This document shows positions 36,559 through 46,733 of a stretch of DNA of 64,000 nucleotides, one piece after another. How positions within the stretch are numbered: position 1 is the first letter of the stretch; every line of letters begins with the position of its first letter. Both the position numbers and the translations under genes were made by a program. The notes under the pieces are model-generated. The model made no database searches, was not told where the DNA came from, and saw only the letters and a program-made list of their open reading frames with translations. Origin of the DNA: Candidatus Omnitrophota bacterium (GTDB taxonomy: Bacteria > Omnitrophota > Gorgyraeia > Zapsychrales > Fredricksoniimonadaceae). The DNA lies in NCBI GenBank assembly GCA_963828495.1, contig CAWHFJ010000017.1:20342-84341 (forward strand). Direction: 5' to 3'.

Positions 36559-37693
36559 TTATTTTATATTTTTTACCATTTCATTTATTACTTGCCCCTG
36601 ATGAGTGATCAGGGCGCCTTTGATGATTTCATCCTCAAGATTGATTTTAAACGTTTGACTGTCTTTGTCCCAGTATTCTTCAAGCAAATTATGTAAATTA
36701 GCAGAATACATCTGGCTGGCATGGACTGCGACACGTCCCGGAAGATTTCCCATACCTAATATGCGTACACCATTGGCAGTAACGACTTCTTCATTGACCT
36801 TGGAACCTTCCACATTGCCGCCGGATTCAACCGCCATATCCACGATAATGGTCCCTGGCTTCATCTGGGCAATCATGTCCTTGGTTAAAACTACCGGCGC
36901 CCGCCGGCCGAACAATTGGGCCGTGGTGATAATAACATCTGATTGGGCGCAAACACGGGCCATGCCTTGACGCTGTTTTTCCAATTGTTCAGGGGTCAAA
37001 GCTTTGGCATAACCTTGAGCGGTCTGGCCTGTTTCGCCTAAATCAATTTCGACGAATTTAGCTCCCAAAGACTGCACCTGTTCTTTGACCACCGCGCGGG
37101 TATCAAAAGCTTCAACACGGGCACCCAGACGTTTGGCGGTGGCAATCGCCTGTAAACCGGCGACACCGGCGCCGATGATAAAAACTTTGGCCGGGGCAAT
37201 AGTACCTGCCGGAGTCATGAGCATAGGAAATATTTTAGGCAAACGTTCGGCAGCTAAAATAACGGTCACATAACCGGCCAAATTCGCTTGAGAGCTTAAA
37301 GCATCCATTTTTTGGGCACGGGTGGTGCGCGGGATCATTTCCATACTAAAAGCGCTGATTTGATTTTGGGCCAAAGCCTGCACCAGGGCTTTTTCATTAA
37401 AAGGATCAAGGAAGCTGATATGAATGGCGCCTTTTTTAAAAAGGCTGACTTCTTCCGCAGGCGGTTTGCGCAGACGCAAGATGATGTCAGCAGAAGATAA
37501 TAGTGCTTTGCGGTTAGCTTCAATGCCGGCACCTGCTTTTTTATATTCTTCATCAGAAATGCCGATGGAAGCTCCTAAACCCGTTTCTATAATAACTTGG
37601 GCGCCTTTTTTGACCAAACGGTCCACGGAAGAGGGGATAAAAGCAACTCGTTGCTTCTGCGGGATACGTTTCTTTAGGTATGCCTATAATCAT
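36559..37693 (-). pseudogene. pntAA: NAD(P) transhydrogenase subunit alpha part 1, frameshift near 37650
   Basis: MIIGIPKETYPAE is encoded from ATG 37693 but is out of frame with the 355-aa body (GAGVAGLQAIATAKRLGA Rossmann motif). Confidence 0.8.
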
Positions 37694-37804
37694 GAACGAT
37701 ATTTTGCATTCAAGAGCCATCTAAGTCAAGGCTATTTTCATGAAATCCTCCAACAGTCCTACCAATTTGCTTTTTAATATAGATATATGGCATACTTACC
37801 TTAT

Positions 37805-40800
37805 ATGAAGAAGAATTTAAATTTAAGAAGTACTATAGTCCTTGGGCTTATTATTGCCTTTTTGGTTAATACGTTTGGGCCCTTGCCTTTGGCCCAAGCT
37901 CAGGATTTTCGTTTGCCTGCGCCCGGGGTGATGGTACATCTAAGTCCCGAGTTTAATCCTCCTATATTAAAAGGCATAAAGGTCCATCCTGATAATCCGT
38001 TTAGATTTGATTTCATTTTGGATAAAGGCGATAGCCAATTATCTAACGACGCCCTCAAAGATGAGTCCAGCAAGTTGATTAAGTATTTTCTGGCAAGCTT
38101 AACCATACCTGAAAAAGATTTGTGGGTCAATCTCTCACCTTACGAAAAAGACCGCATTATTCCTAATAGCTTTGGCCTTACCGAGATGGGCCGTGACCTA
38201 TTAGCCGAAGACTATATGCTCAAACAGATAACAGCTTCATTGATTTACCCGGAAGACGAGGTAGGCAAGAGGTTTTGGAAACGTATATACGAAGAAGCGG
38301 CAAAGAAATTTGGCACGACGAATATTCCCGTAAACACATTCAACAAAGTTTGGATTCTTCCTGAAAAAGCGGTGGTCTACGAAAATGCCAAAGCAGGAAC
38401 AGCGTATGTAGTGGAAAGCAAGTTAAAGGTGATGTTGGAGGAGGATTATTTATCGCTGTCGAAAAATACTTCAAGCCAACCTGGTGGCAGTTCTGACAGA
38501 CAGAACTGCCGCCAAGCCGGCTGCCAAGCAAACAAAGCTTTGAATCTGAAAGCACCCCAGGGGAACCACCTAAACGACGACCCCGACATCAATCGCTTAG
38601 GCTCCCAAATCATCCGTGAAATAGTCATTCCCCAACTGATCAAAGAAGTCAACGAAGGCAAAAACTTCGCCCAACTTCGGCAAGTCTACAATTCGCTCAT
38701 CTTAGCGACGTGGTACAAGAAGAAGATTAAGGACAGCATTTTGTCTCAGGTTTACGCAGATAAAAATAAAACGGCCGGGGTCAATACAGATGATCCTCAG
38801 GAGAAGCAGAAGATTTATGAGCGGTATCTCCAGGCGTTCAAGAAGGGCGTTTATAATTACATTAAAGAAGAGACATTGTTTGTCCCCGGCATGCCGAGTA
38901 AGGAACAGGGAATGTTGCCGAGGAAGTATTTTTCCGGCGGAGCCGTATTTATCGGTCGCGCGATGGACGCTGCCATGACTATTGCCGATAATATGGCCCC
39001 TGCTCTTATCGGGAATAGCCATAATTTGGCAATGATAACAGCAAATGCTGATCCTGTTGGCCAAACTCCGGCCGGGAAGGGCATTGGTTTAAAAACATAT
39101 CCTGTGAGGAATCTTAAGGCACGAGGAGGCCAGAAAACTTTTGAGGTAACTTTTAATAATAAGGAATACCGGGTGGAAGTCATACGTGGTGAGGAAGGGA
39201 AAGTATATTTTAATTTTTATAGAATATCGAATGATGCCCAGTATCTGGCAGGTTACATTTATACCTCACCTCTTGTTCGACATGTTTATTCAGCCATACG
39301 TGGCATAGAGGTAAAATCTAAATTTGCTGTACCGGGCATGGCGCGCTTTATGGTAAGTGTGTTTTTAGAACAAAACCCGAGAATAGAATATACTCATCCG
39401 GATTTGAGAAATGCCGCTTTAATGAGAATATTGATTAAGGATTTTGGCTTTTTACCGCCATCCGGAGCAAAACCCAATGCCTATTATTTAGAAGGTGACG
39501 ACGTGAACCCTGCGGCAATACAAAAATTGGGACTGCCGTCCGGGGTCATATCTAAGGGGCAAAGGGTCCTCATTTCAAGAAATGATTTTAACGGGTTATA
39601 CATAGGAGAGACCTATCCTAGCATTCAGGGACAATATGTGGTTACGGATGGCCCCTTGGATGCTTTAGCCGGCATGTCCGGCGCTACACCGCTTTATTTG
39701 GGATATGAGTTAAAGAGGGACCGGGCGATGAATATTGATGAAGAGTTGGCTAATCCGCGGATGACGAAAGAAGATGCGACAACGGTAACGGCGATCATGG
39801 CTCCGGATCTCTTGGGTAAATTCAACAGTGTAAGATACATACGGAATTTAAAATTGTCTAAAGCTCTTTCCAATTTTTTGTTACATGGCAATGAAACTGC
39901 GAAGGCTGCCTTGCAATATAATTTTGCCTTTAGGACCGCTGATGTGATGCTTTATTATATTTTATTAGAGGCCATAGGCCTTCCTTTAGATAAGGCCAGG
40001 AGTATGGGGTTTGAAAAATTGATGTTGTTATGGTGCCAATACGTAAGGACCGGAGATACTATCCTGGATACATATGGGAAGCTGTTTTCCATGGAAGAGC
40101 TTCATATGATGCTGGATTCCGGTGATAACTTTCCGATAGTCCCAAAGAGAAGCCTGATCGATAAAGGGATCTTGGAAGCAGAATTAATAAATCTGAAGGT
40201 TAAGACGATTCCCGAAGAAGATAGGCGGAATCGTGCGGAAATTTTATCCAATTTTAATTTACAAGCGGATGATTTAATATCACGTATGCCGTTATCATCA
40301 ATAGAACAACGGAAGGTGAAAGGCATTTTTGTTGCTGTTTCGAAAAGAATGTTCGCCTCGTATATATTGGAACGAAGGTATGGTTTGTACCCAACCGTTG
40401 AGCAAACGTTAGAAATTATCCAGGCGAAGAGCGTCATTCCTGTCCTTGTCAATTTGCGAGAGGTTTTTCGTGCAGGCAGTGATGCCAAAGAAACGGCCCA
40501 ATTCGAAGCGTTCCTGCTTAATTTCAACACTTATTTGCAGATGTGGGATGATTTTGGTGATTTGGCGGGTGATTACGGGGTTCAACCAAATTTGATCCTG
40601 TCCATCGCCAAGCAATATTATCCGGAAGAATTTGTAAGATTGGAGAGATGGCTTGCGCAGGGGAGAGTTATCGGGGGCCTCAAGAGTTTGAGAGAATTGC
40701 TCAACCTTATTCCTAACACTTATCGACGCTGGCTATCTGTTACGTACAGCTATTTTAAAGAAATTTTTATACCCAGACCAATAGTTTCATCGATGGCGAC

Positions 40801-41050
40801 GCTCTATGTGGCGTATTACATTTTATTGAATAAGGGCGGCGCAACAAAGGCTAATCAGGCAATGATGCCTGGCGGTATTGACCTTGCCCCTGCCGATAAA
40901 GTCTTACAATCTCAAAATGCCGGTGAAGGAATTAAATTCCATCTGGATCCAGCCATGCTAGCTCAACTGCAAAACGCCCCCGGTTTTATGCCGGTGATTA
41001 TCAATATCCAGCCGCTTAAAAGCCTTCCTGAATTTTTGGGGCTTAAATAG
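37805..41050 (+). CDS. Large secreted/anchored protein of unknown function (conserved N-module, divergent centre, C-terminal GGIDL...PVIINIQP motif)
   Basis: Signal/TM segment LGLIIAFLVNTFGPLPLAQA. The N-terminal ~200 aa are highly similar to the ORF at 63283-64000. An alternative start is at 37787. Confidence 0.7.
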   Translation: MKKNLNLRSTIVLGLIIAFLVNTFGPLPLAQAQDFRLPAPGVMVHLSPEFNPPILKGIKVHPDNPFRFDFILDKGDSQLSNDALKDESSKLIKYFLASLTIPEKDLWVNLSPYEKDRIIPNSFGLTEMGRDLLAEDYMLKQITASLIYPEDEVGKRFWKRIYEEAAKKFGTTNIPVNTFNKVWILPEKAVVYENAKAGTAYVVESKLKVMLEEDYLSLSKNTSSQPGGSSDRQNCRQAGCQANKALNLKAPQGNHLNDDPDINRLGSQIIREIVIPQLIKEVNEGKNFAQLRQVYNSLILATWYKKKIKDSILSQVYADKNKTAGVNTDDPQEKQKIYERYLQAFKKGVYNYIKEETLFVPGMPSKEQGMLPRKYFSGGAVFIGRAMDAAMTIADNMAPALIGNSHNLAMITANADPVGQTPAGKGIGLKTYPVRNLKARGGQKTFEVTFNNKEYRVEVIRGEEGKVYFNFYRISNDAQYLAGYIYTSPLVRHVYSAIRGIEVKSKFAVPGMARFMVSVFLEQNPRIEYTHPDLRNAALMRILIKDFGFLPPSGAKPNAYYLEGDDVNPAAIQKLGLPSGVISKGQRVLISRNDFNGLYIGETYPSIQGQYVVTDGPLDALAGMSGATPLYLGYELKRDRAMNIDEELANPRMTKEDATTVTAIMAPDLLGKFNSVRYIRNLKLSKALSNFLLHGNETAKAALQYNFAFRTADVMLYYILLEAIGLPLDKARSMGFEKLMLLWCQYVRTGDTILDTYGKLFSMEELHMMLDSGDNFPIVPKRSLIDKGILEAELINLKVKTIPEEDRRNRAEILSNFNLQADDLISRMPLSSIEQRKVKGIFVAVSKRMFASYILERRYGLYPTVEQTLEIIQAKSVIPVLVNLREVFRAGSDAKETAQFEAFLLNFNTYLQMWDDFGDLAGDYGVQPNLILSIAKQYYPEEFVRLERWLAQGRVIGGLKSLRELLNLIPNTYRRWLSVTYSYFKEIFIPRPIVSSMATLYVAYYILLNKGGATKANQAMMPGGIDLAPADKVLQSQNAGEGIKFHLDPAMLAQLQNAPGFMPVIINIQPLKSLPEFLGLK

Positions 41051-41154
41051 CAACTGTATTTTCCTTGTTTTATCTGATGGATTCGGTTAAAATCAATTTT
41101 TATTAAGAGATTGTTTCGCTTCGCTCGCAATGACACTGTAAAGAAAGGGTAAAC

Positions 41155-41787
41155 ATGTTTAAAGGTCAAAATATTTTTGGGATTATTGCTGCCGGCGGAT
41201 TCACCATGTATATCCTTATTCTTTGCTCGGTGCTTTCCATTGCCGTTATTATCGAACGCATGGTTTATTACACCCGTCGTTCGCGGCTTTCTAAGATCGA
41301 TTTAATGGACAATATCCGCAAAGAATGCAGCCGCGGCCAGGTGCTTAATGCCGTCGGCTTTTGCAAGAATATCGACACTCCGGCCGCCCGCGTTGTCTTG
41401 GCAGGCCTTAATCTTTACGGGCATGACGAAAAATTAATTTCTAATGCCATGGAACGGGAAATCACCGTGGAAACCATCAAACTGGAACGCTTCACAGGTA
41501 TTGTCGGCACCATCGGCGGTACGGCGGTTTATATCGGTCTTTTGGGTACGGTCATCGGTATTATGCGCGCCTTTGGCGATATTGCCAAAGCCGGCAGCGG
41601 CGGCATGGATGTGGTCACCGTCGGTATCGCGGAGGCTTTGGTGTGTACAGCCGCAGGCCTTTTGGTGGCCATTCCCGCCGTCATTTGCTTTAATTGGTTT
41701 ACCCGTAAAATTGACAACTTTATAGTGGATATGGAATTAGCCGCTTCCGAGTTGGTTGATTTAATATGCGTTAAAAAGGGCACATAG
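41155..41787 (+). CDS. exbB: MotA/TolQ/ExbB proton-channel family protein
   Basis: Three TM segments. GLLGTVIGIMRAF and IAEALVCTAAGL motifs. Confidence 0.8.
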   Translation: MFKGQNIFGIIAAGGFTMYILILCSVLSIAVIIERMVYYTRRSRLSKIDLMDNIRKECSRGQVLNAVGFCKNIDTPAARVVLAGLNLYGHDEKLISNAMEREITVETIKLERFTGIVGTIGGTAVYIGLLGTVIGIMRAFGDIAKAGSGGMDVVTVGIAEALVCTAAGLLVAIPAVICFNWFTRKIDNFIVDMELAASELVDLICVKKGT

Positions 41788-41797
41788 CCCCCAAGCC

Positions 41798-42217
41798 ATG
41801 ATCAGACGACAGCGTAATTCAAAGTTAATCGCCCAAATCAATATCGCTCCTTTTACGGACGTCATTTTAGTGCTATTGATTGTTTTCATGGTCACCACAC
41901 CGTTGATTTACCGCTCCAGCATCAAAATTGCCTTGCCGCAAGTTTCCAGTAATCAGCAACCTTTAGAGAGTAAAGACATTAATGTCAGCATTGCGGCTAA
42001 TGGTGAAGTTTATATGGAAGGACAGAAATACAATTTTAAGCTGGATTTAGATGTCTTTAGATTTAAATTAAAAAATATCAGTAAAACCTATCGAGACCCC
42101 GCGATTATCATTAATGGGGACCGTAATGTGAAATACGACTATGTGGTTCAGGTGATTGACGCTGCGTCCAAGGCGGGGATCAGACATTTGATTTTAGCAA
42201 CGGAGTTTAAGCGATAA
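41798..42217 (+). CDS. exbD: ExbD/TolR family protein
   Basis: INIAPFTDVILVLLIVFMV TM segment followed by a periplasmic domain. Confidence 0.8.
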   Translation: MIRRQRNSKLIAQINIAPFTDVILVLLIVFMVTTPLIYRSSIKIALPQVSSNQQPLESKDINVSIAANGEVYMEGQKYNFKLDLDVFRFKLKNISKTYRDPAIIINGDRNVKYDYVVQVIDAASKAGIRHLILATEFKR

Positions 42218-42229
42218 TGGATGCGCGCC

Positions 42230-42682
42230 TTAAGCAGAACTGTAAAGGGCGATTAAATGCTGCCTGGTTGCCTGGAGCCGTTGTATGAAGATATTGACCA
42301 GTCTTTTTAAAAATTCATAGCCAAACTCATTGTCATTCTTGCTTTTCTTTTTGAGTATTTCTCCGTCTATGACCAGCATTTCTGTTGCCTCCAGGGCCCG
42401 GGCGCTGAATTGACAGTGATAGGGAGGGATCATCCAAGACCAGCCTACAATATCGCCGGCCGTTAAAGTCTGTATGGAAAACGGTTTGCCTTCAGGGGAG
42501 AGCATTTCAATGGACACTTTACCTTTGATGATCAGAAAGAATTTGGAGGCCAGATCATTCTCTTTGACAATATATTCGTTGACCTTAAAAGTATCTTGAG
42601 CCATGTGCTGGGAAATGAATTTCAGGTGCTTGGGGTCCATCTCTTTAAAAAAAAGAAATTTATTTAAATCAATATCAACCAT
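42230..42682 (-). CDS. Cyclic nucleotide-binding domain protein
   Basis: FFLIIKGKVSIEM...GDIVGWSWM...SARALEATEMLVIDG is a cNMP-binding beta-barrel. Confidence 0.7.
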   Translation of the reverse strand: MVDIDLNKFLFFKEMDPKHLKFISQHMAQDTFKVNEYIVKENDLASKFFLIIKGKVSIEMLSPEGKPFSIQTLTAGDIVGWSWMIPPYHCQFSARALEATEMLVIDGEILKKKSKNDNEFGYEFLKRLVNIFIQRLQATRQHLIALYSSA

Positions 42683-42814
42683 AGAGCCCTCCTGAGATTT
42701 GATGTAATTAGGCGTAGTATACTCTTGGTTTTAAGGAAGGTCAAAAAAATATTATCTATTATTCGTTGCGTTTCAATGCCTATTTGATAATATAAATTAA
42801 AATTCTCCACACAG

Positions 42815-43861
42815 ATGAACTACCGAAACTTTTATCTTTCCAATGCCGATTTCGACCGATTCCTGGAAGTCTTGTCTTTGAGCTACCAGGTCTATGTCCC
42901 TGTCCAAAAAGATAAACAACGTTTTTATAAGAAATTTACTCCTCAAGAACCTGTGGCCGTCGGAGAAGTCCGTACTTTTGAACCCTTAAAGGCTTTTTTT
43001 ACCCGCGCACGGGAACTCGTCGCCCATAATTTCGATAAGGCAGTACCGCATCCTAAGCAGAAACCCATCGCCATCGTGGGGGCCAAGGCCTGCGATCTCA
43101 AAGGGTTTAAAATTCAGGATTATGTTTTTTCCGGACGTCATGGACAGGACACAGCGGATCCTTTATATGTGGCCAATCGACGGGACAATTTGATCATCAG
43201 CGCTGATTGTACCTGTGCCCTCGAGACTTGTTTTTGCCTGGCATTGGGGCTTATGCCGCACCCTGAAGAGGGGTTTGATATCAATCTTTCACCGGTTGAA
43301 AATGGATTTCTCCTCGAAAGCGCATCTGAAAAAGGACAAAGTCTCATCGAAAAGAATTTAAGCCTTTTTACACAAGCGAGGAATGAGCATTTTAGTCAGC
43401 GGGAAAGCGTGCGTACCAAGACAGCCGCCCAAGTCACAGAAAATCTAAAAGTCCATGAGGTCCCTCATCAGGACCGTTTTGAGGGCATTATTAAAAGAAA
43501 TTTTGAATCAGAAATCTGGAAGGAAGAGGCTAAAACATGTGTGGAGTGCGGGGCGTGCACTATTATTTGTCCGACATGTCATTGCTTTCTTCTTTATGAC
43601 CAAAAAAACCAGACCGACATGGCCCGCTTACGTGTTTGGGATTCTTGCATGATCAAGGATTACGCGCGGGTTGCGGGCGGCGGGAACCCTAGATCTCAAC
43701 TGTGGAAAAGACTACGCAACCGTTTCGATAAAAAATTTGATTTTTTCCCGAAAGTGGCCCAAGTTTATGCCTGTACGGGATGCGGCCGTTGCATCACGGC
43801 CTGCCCGGCAAAAATAGATATCCGTCGTGTCCTTCGCAAGTTGGTGAACAGCCATGTGTGA
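42815..43861 (+). CDS. 4Fe-4S protein, AsrA / sulfhydrogenase-beta-like
   Basis: CVECGACTIICPTCHCF and CTGCGRCITACP cluster motifs. N-terminal region typical of AsrA/HydB-type proteins. Confidence 0.6.
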   Translation: MNYRNFYLSNADFDRFLEVLSLSYQVYVPVQKDKQRFYKKFTPQEPVAVGEVRTFEPLKAFFTRARELVAHNFDKAVPHPKQKPIAIVGAKACDLKGFKIQDYVFSGRHGQDTADPLYVANRRDNLIISADCTCALETCFCLALGLMPHPEEGFDINLSPVENGFLLESASEKGQSLIEKNLSLFTQARNEHFSQRESVRTKTAAQVTENLKVHEVPHQDRFEGIIKRNFESEIWKEEAKTCVECGACTIICPTCHCFLLYDQKNQTDMARLRVWDSCMIKDYARVAGGGNPRSQLWKRLRNRFDKKFDFFPKVAQVYACTGCGRCITACPAKIDIRRVLRKLVNSHV

Positions 43862-44672
43862 AAATATTTACCGGCCTATCAAAGCACAGGTACTGGAGGT
43901 CATTACCGAGACGCCCAGCATTAAGACGATTCGTTTTAGGCCCCACGAACCGATGAGTTTTAAAACCGGGCAATTTTTTTCGGTTACAGTCCCAGGTATC
44001 GGTGAGGCGCCCTTTACGCCATCCTCAAGAGCTTCAGTCCAGGATGTGTTTGAAGTCAGTGTCATGCGCGTGGGCAAGTTGACCCGTGCCATTCATGAAC
44101 TGAAAGCCGGTGATACGATCGGTGTGCGCGGTCCGATGGGCAACGGCTATCCTCTTGATTATTTCCGGGGTAAGGAGATCCTCGTTATGGGCGGCGGGTG
44201 CGGGTTTGCCCCTTTAAGAAGTCTTATGTATTCTCTTTTTGATCTTAGCGGACAGTTTAAACAGTTGTATTTTCGTGGTGGTTGCAAAAACCCCGCTGAG
44301 TTTCTTTACCGGCGGGAGATTGAAAGTTGGTATGACCGTAGTGATCTTAATATGCAGTTGACAGTTGACAAAGGTGATGAGACCTGGAAGGGGAATGTCG
44401 GGTTGGTTCTTAATATCCTTGATACCGTACAAATCGACTATAAGAGCGGTGTGGCCATTGTTTGCGGTCCGCCGGTCATGATGAAGTTTGGCACTAAAAA
44501 ATTGCTGGAGATGGGTTTTCAGGAAGATCATATTTACCTTTCCATGGAAAAGAACATGTCGTGCGGCATCGGCAAATGCGGACATTGCCGCATCGGCACG
44601 TATTATGCCTGCAAAGACGGTCCGGTTTTTACCTATTCTAAGATCAAGGATTTTCCGGAGATCTGGGATTAA
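43854..44672 (+). CDS. FAD/NAD(P)H oxidoreductase with C-terminal 2Fe-2S, AsrB / sulfhydrogenase-gamma / PyrK-like
   Basis: FNR-like fold (GQFFSVTVPG, MGGGCGFAP) and CGIGKCGHCRIG. Confidence 0.7.
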   Translation: MCENIYRPIKAQVLEVITETPSIKTIRFRPHEPMSFKTGQFFSVTVPGIGEAPFTPSSRASVQDVFEVSVMRVGKLTRAIHELKAGDTIGVRGPMGNGYPLDYFRGKEILVMGGGCGFAPLRSLMYSLFDLSGQFKQLYFRGGCKNPAEFLYRREIESWYDRSDLNMQLTVDKGDETWKGNVGLVLNILDTVQIDYKSGVAIVCGPPVMMKFGTKKLLEMGFQEDHIYLSMEKNMSCGIGKCGHCRIGTYYACKDGPVFTYSKIKDFPEIWD

Positions 44673-44674
44673 AT

Positions 44675-45238
44675 ATGAGTACAAGCGCTCAACAATCGCA
44701 CCAGGGACAGATGAACACATCACCTGTGAAAGCTCCGGATAAGCGCCTGTATATTGACCTTGATATCTGCTCGACGAGTTGTGAAAAATGCACGGTGGCA
44801 TGCAGCTATTATTATCATCAGCAAAAACCCACCAATAACGGCATCGTTTCTGTCAAGGAATTGGCTACTTATGCGGTTGTCTGCCGCCGTTGTGAAGAGC
44901 CGCATTGCGTCAATGCCTGCCCCAAGGATGCTCTTTCTCAGCAGAAAGAAAAGAATAAATTATTGGTCCGCCATTATATGCGTTGCGTCAGTTGCAAAAC
45001 TTGTTCGCATGCGTGCCCTTATGGGACGATTTATCCGGAGCATGTACCGTACTTGATCCATAATTGTGATTTTTGCCTGGATCGTCGGGATAAACAGGAT
45101 GAGCCGGTATGTATTAAATCTTGTCCTTATGGCGCCTTGGGCCTCAAGCCGGCGGATGAAGAGCTCGGGCCCGATACCTTTTTGGTAGGGGACAACATTA
45201 TTGTGCACTGCAAACATTGGGAGTGGGAAAAGGCGTGA
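44675..45238 (+). CDS. Multi-cluster 4Fe-4S ferredoxin (HycB-like)
   Basis: Four Cys clusters: CSTSCEKCTVAC, CRRCEEPHCVNACP, CVSCKTCSHACP, CDFC...CIKSCP. Confidence 0.75.
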   Translation: MSTSAQQSHQGQMNTSPVKAPDKRLYIDLDICSTSCEKCTVACSYYYHQQKPTNNGIVSVKELATYAVVCRRCEEPHCVNACPKDALSQQKEKNKLLVRHYMRCVSCKTCSHACPYGTIYPEHVPYLIHNCDFCLDRRDKQDEPVCIKSCPYGALGLKPADEELGPDTFLVGDNIIVHCKHWEWEKA

Positions 45239-46158
45239 ACTATTTAATCACTTTTTTTGTTTTTGGATTTTTTGTGACGGCTCTGGCAGGGCTGATTGCC
45301 AGCTGGATTGACCGTAAAGTGACCGCAAGGGTGCAATATCGCGTGGGACCGCCTTTACTGCAACCGCTTATTGATCTGGTGAAACTTTCAGGAAAAGAAC
45401 TTTTAATTCCCCAGACCGCTGCAAGAACGACTTTTCTGATAGCGCCGGTCATGGGTCTTTCAAGCGTGATTTTAGTCTCAACGCTTTTATGGATGAATGA
45501 CCTTCATTGTGGCCAGAGTTTTCTCGGCGATCTGATTGCAGCCATTTATCTGCTCGTAATCCCGTCTATTAGTATTATGATGGGTGGTTTTGCTTCAGGC
45601 AATCCATTGGCGTCCCTCGGCGCATCAAGGGAAATGAAACTGGTCTTAAGTTATGAATTGCCTTTTGTGTTAGCTGTGATGGTGGCCGTTATTAAATCAG
45701 GATTTGCTATCCGCATCGGCGATATTTTGATGTTTCAAGCGCACCACGGTGCCATTATAGGCAGTCTATCCGGGTTTTTGGCCTTTCTGGTGGTTATCTT
45801 TTGCGTGCAGGCTAAACTTGGGTTAGTACCGTTTGATATGCCTGAGGCGGAAACGGAGATTATCAGTGGGCCTTTACTGGAATACTCCGGGCCGGGATTG
45901 GCGATTTATAAACTCATGAAGAATATGCTGCTTTTTGTCCTGCCGTTTTTTGTCATGATTCTGTTTTTGGGGGGATGGTCATTGGACGGTGTCGGTGTTT
46001 GGTTAGGACTTTTGAAATATATAGGGCTCGTGGCGTTAATCACGGTTATCCGTAACACTAATGCACGGCTGCGTATCGATCAGGCGATGCGGTTTTTTTG
46101 GGGTATACTGACGGAATTGGCCGCGATCGCCGTACTGCTGGCATTGATGGGGAAATAA
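45217..46158 (+). CDS. NuoH/HycD/MbhM-like membrane subunit
   Basis: DRKVTARVQYRVGPP motif and about 8 TM segments. An alternative GTG start at 45235 overlaps the upstream stop. Confidence 0.8.
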   Translation: MGVGKGVNYLITFFVFGFFVTALAGLIASWIDRKVTARVQYRVGPPLLQPLIDLVKLSGKELLIPQTAARTTFLIAPVMGLSSVILVSTLLWMNDLHCGQSFLGDLIAAIYLLVIPSISIMMGGFASGNPLASLGASREMKLVLSYELPFVLAVMVAVIKSGFAIRIGDILMFQAHHGAIIGSLSGFLAFLVVIFCVQAKLGLVPFDMPEAETEIISGPLLEYSGPGLAIYKLMKNMLLFVLPFFVMILFLGGWSLDGVGVWLGLLKYIGLVALITVIRNTNARLRIDQAMRFFWGILTELAAIAVLLALMGK

Positions 46159-46159
46159 A

Positions 46160-46609
46160 ATGGGCATTAAAATGCGGGCGTTGTTGAAATCACCTTGGAT
46201 TTTTCACATGTCGACGGGTAGTTGCAACAACTGTGACATTGAATTTTTGGATTGCCTGACGCCGCGTTTTGATGTTGAGCGCTTCGGCATGCTTTTGGCC
46301 GGCAGCATCAAACATGCGGACGTCCTCTTGGTAACCGGGGCCGCGACCCGCCAGTGTGTTCCCAAAATCAAGCGGGTCTATGAACAGATGCCCAAGCCCT
46401 GTTTTGTGGTGGCTATCGGCGAGTGCTCGCTTTCCAGAGGGCTTTATATCCAAAGTTATAATTGCCCGATGCCGATAGACAAGATTATTCCGGTGGATGT
46501 GTATATTCCGGGCTGTCCTCCTAAGCCAGAAGCGATTATTGCAGGTATAATGAAACTTATTGATAAAACTGGGGCAGATCATCGGGTGGCCGATAAGGCA
46601 GGAGAATAA
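46160..46609 (+). CDS. Group-4 [NiFe] hydrogenase small subunit (NuoB/MbhJ-like)
   Basis: GSCNNCD, GECS and PGCPP cysteines for the proximal 4Fe-4S cluster. Confidence 0.85.
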   Translation: MGIKMRALLKSPWIFHMSTGSCNNCDIEFLDCLTPRFDVERFGMLLAGSIKHADVLLVTGAATRQCVPKIKRVYEQMPKPCFVVAIGECSLSRGLYIQSYNCPMPIDKIIPVDVYIPGCPPKPEAIIAGIMKLIDKTGADHRVADKAGE

Positions 46610-46634
46610 AGTAAGTCGGACATTGTGTTTTCTT

Positions 46635-46733
46635 CGAAGGTAGTAGAAGGCTGATTTGGCATGGTCCACCTTCGCTGAGATGGCTGTGGCAAATCAGCCT
46701 GGAGACTAGCGAAGCCGCATCGCTGGATGCGGC
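46635..46733 (+). other. Structured non-coding insert within the hydrogenase operon (interleaved helices plus hairpin)
   Basis: CGAAGGT 46635-41 pairs with ACCTTCG 46668-74. AGGCTGATTTG 46648-58 pairs with CAAATCAGCCT 46690-700. GCCGCATC-gctg-GATGCGGC lies at 46714-33. Confidence 0.45.

Noticed and set aside
28841-37660. Shared GAAGCAAC context at the metH (~28850) and pntAA (~37650) frameshifts, as a possible systematic or motif-specific indel or recoding signal
   Set aside because: The exact indel position is ambiguous in both cases. Alternative one-base placements give equally good protein continuity (for example AYAEATKGLIDGG). Two sites are also too few to support a motif.
40963-41169. 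Minus-strand ORF 40963-41169, and similar ORFs 11028-11336(-) and 46557-46784(-), which contain peptide strings such as SLRAKRNNL, CHSRENGNP and SEGGPCQISL
   Set aside because: These strings are translations of the short hairpin/repeat elements. The ORFs overlap real genes or intergenic structure.
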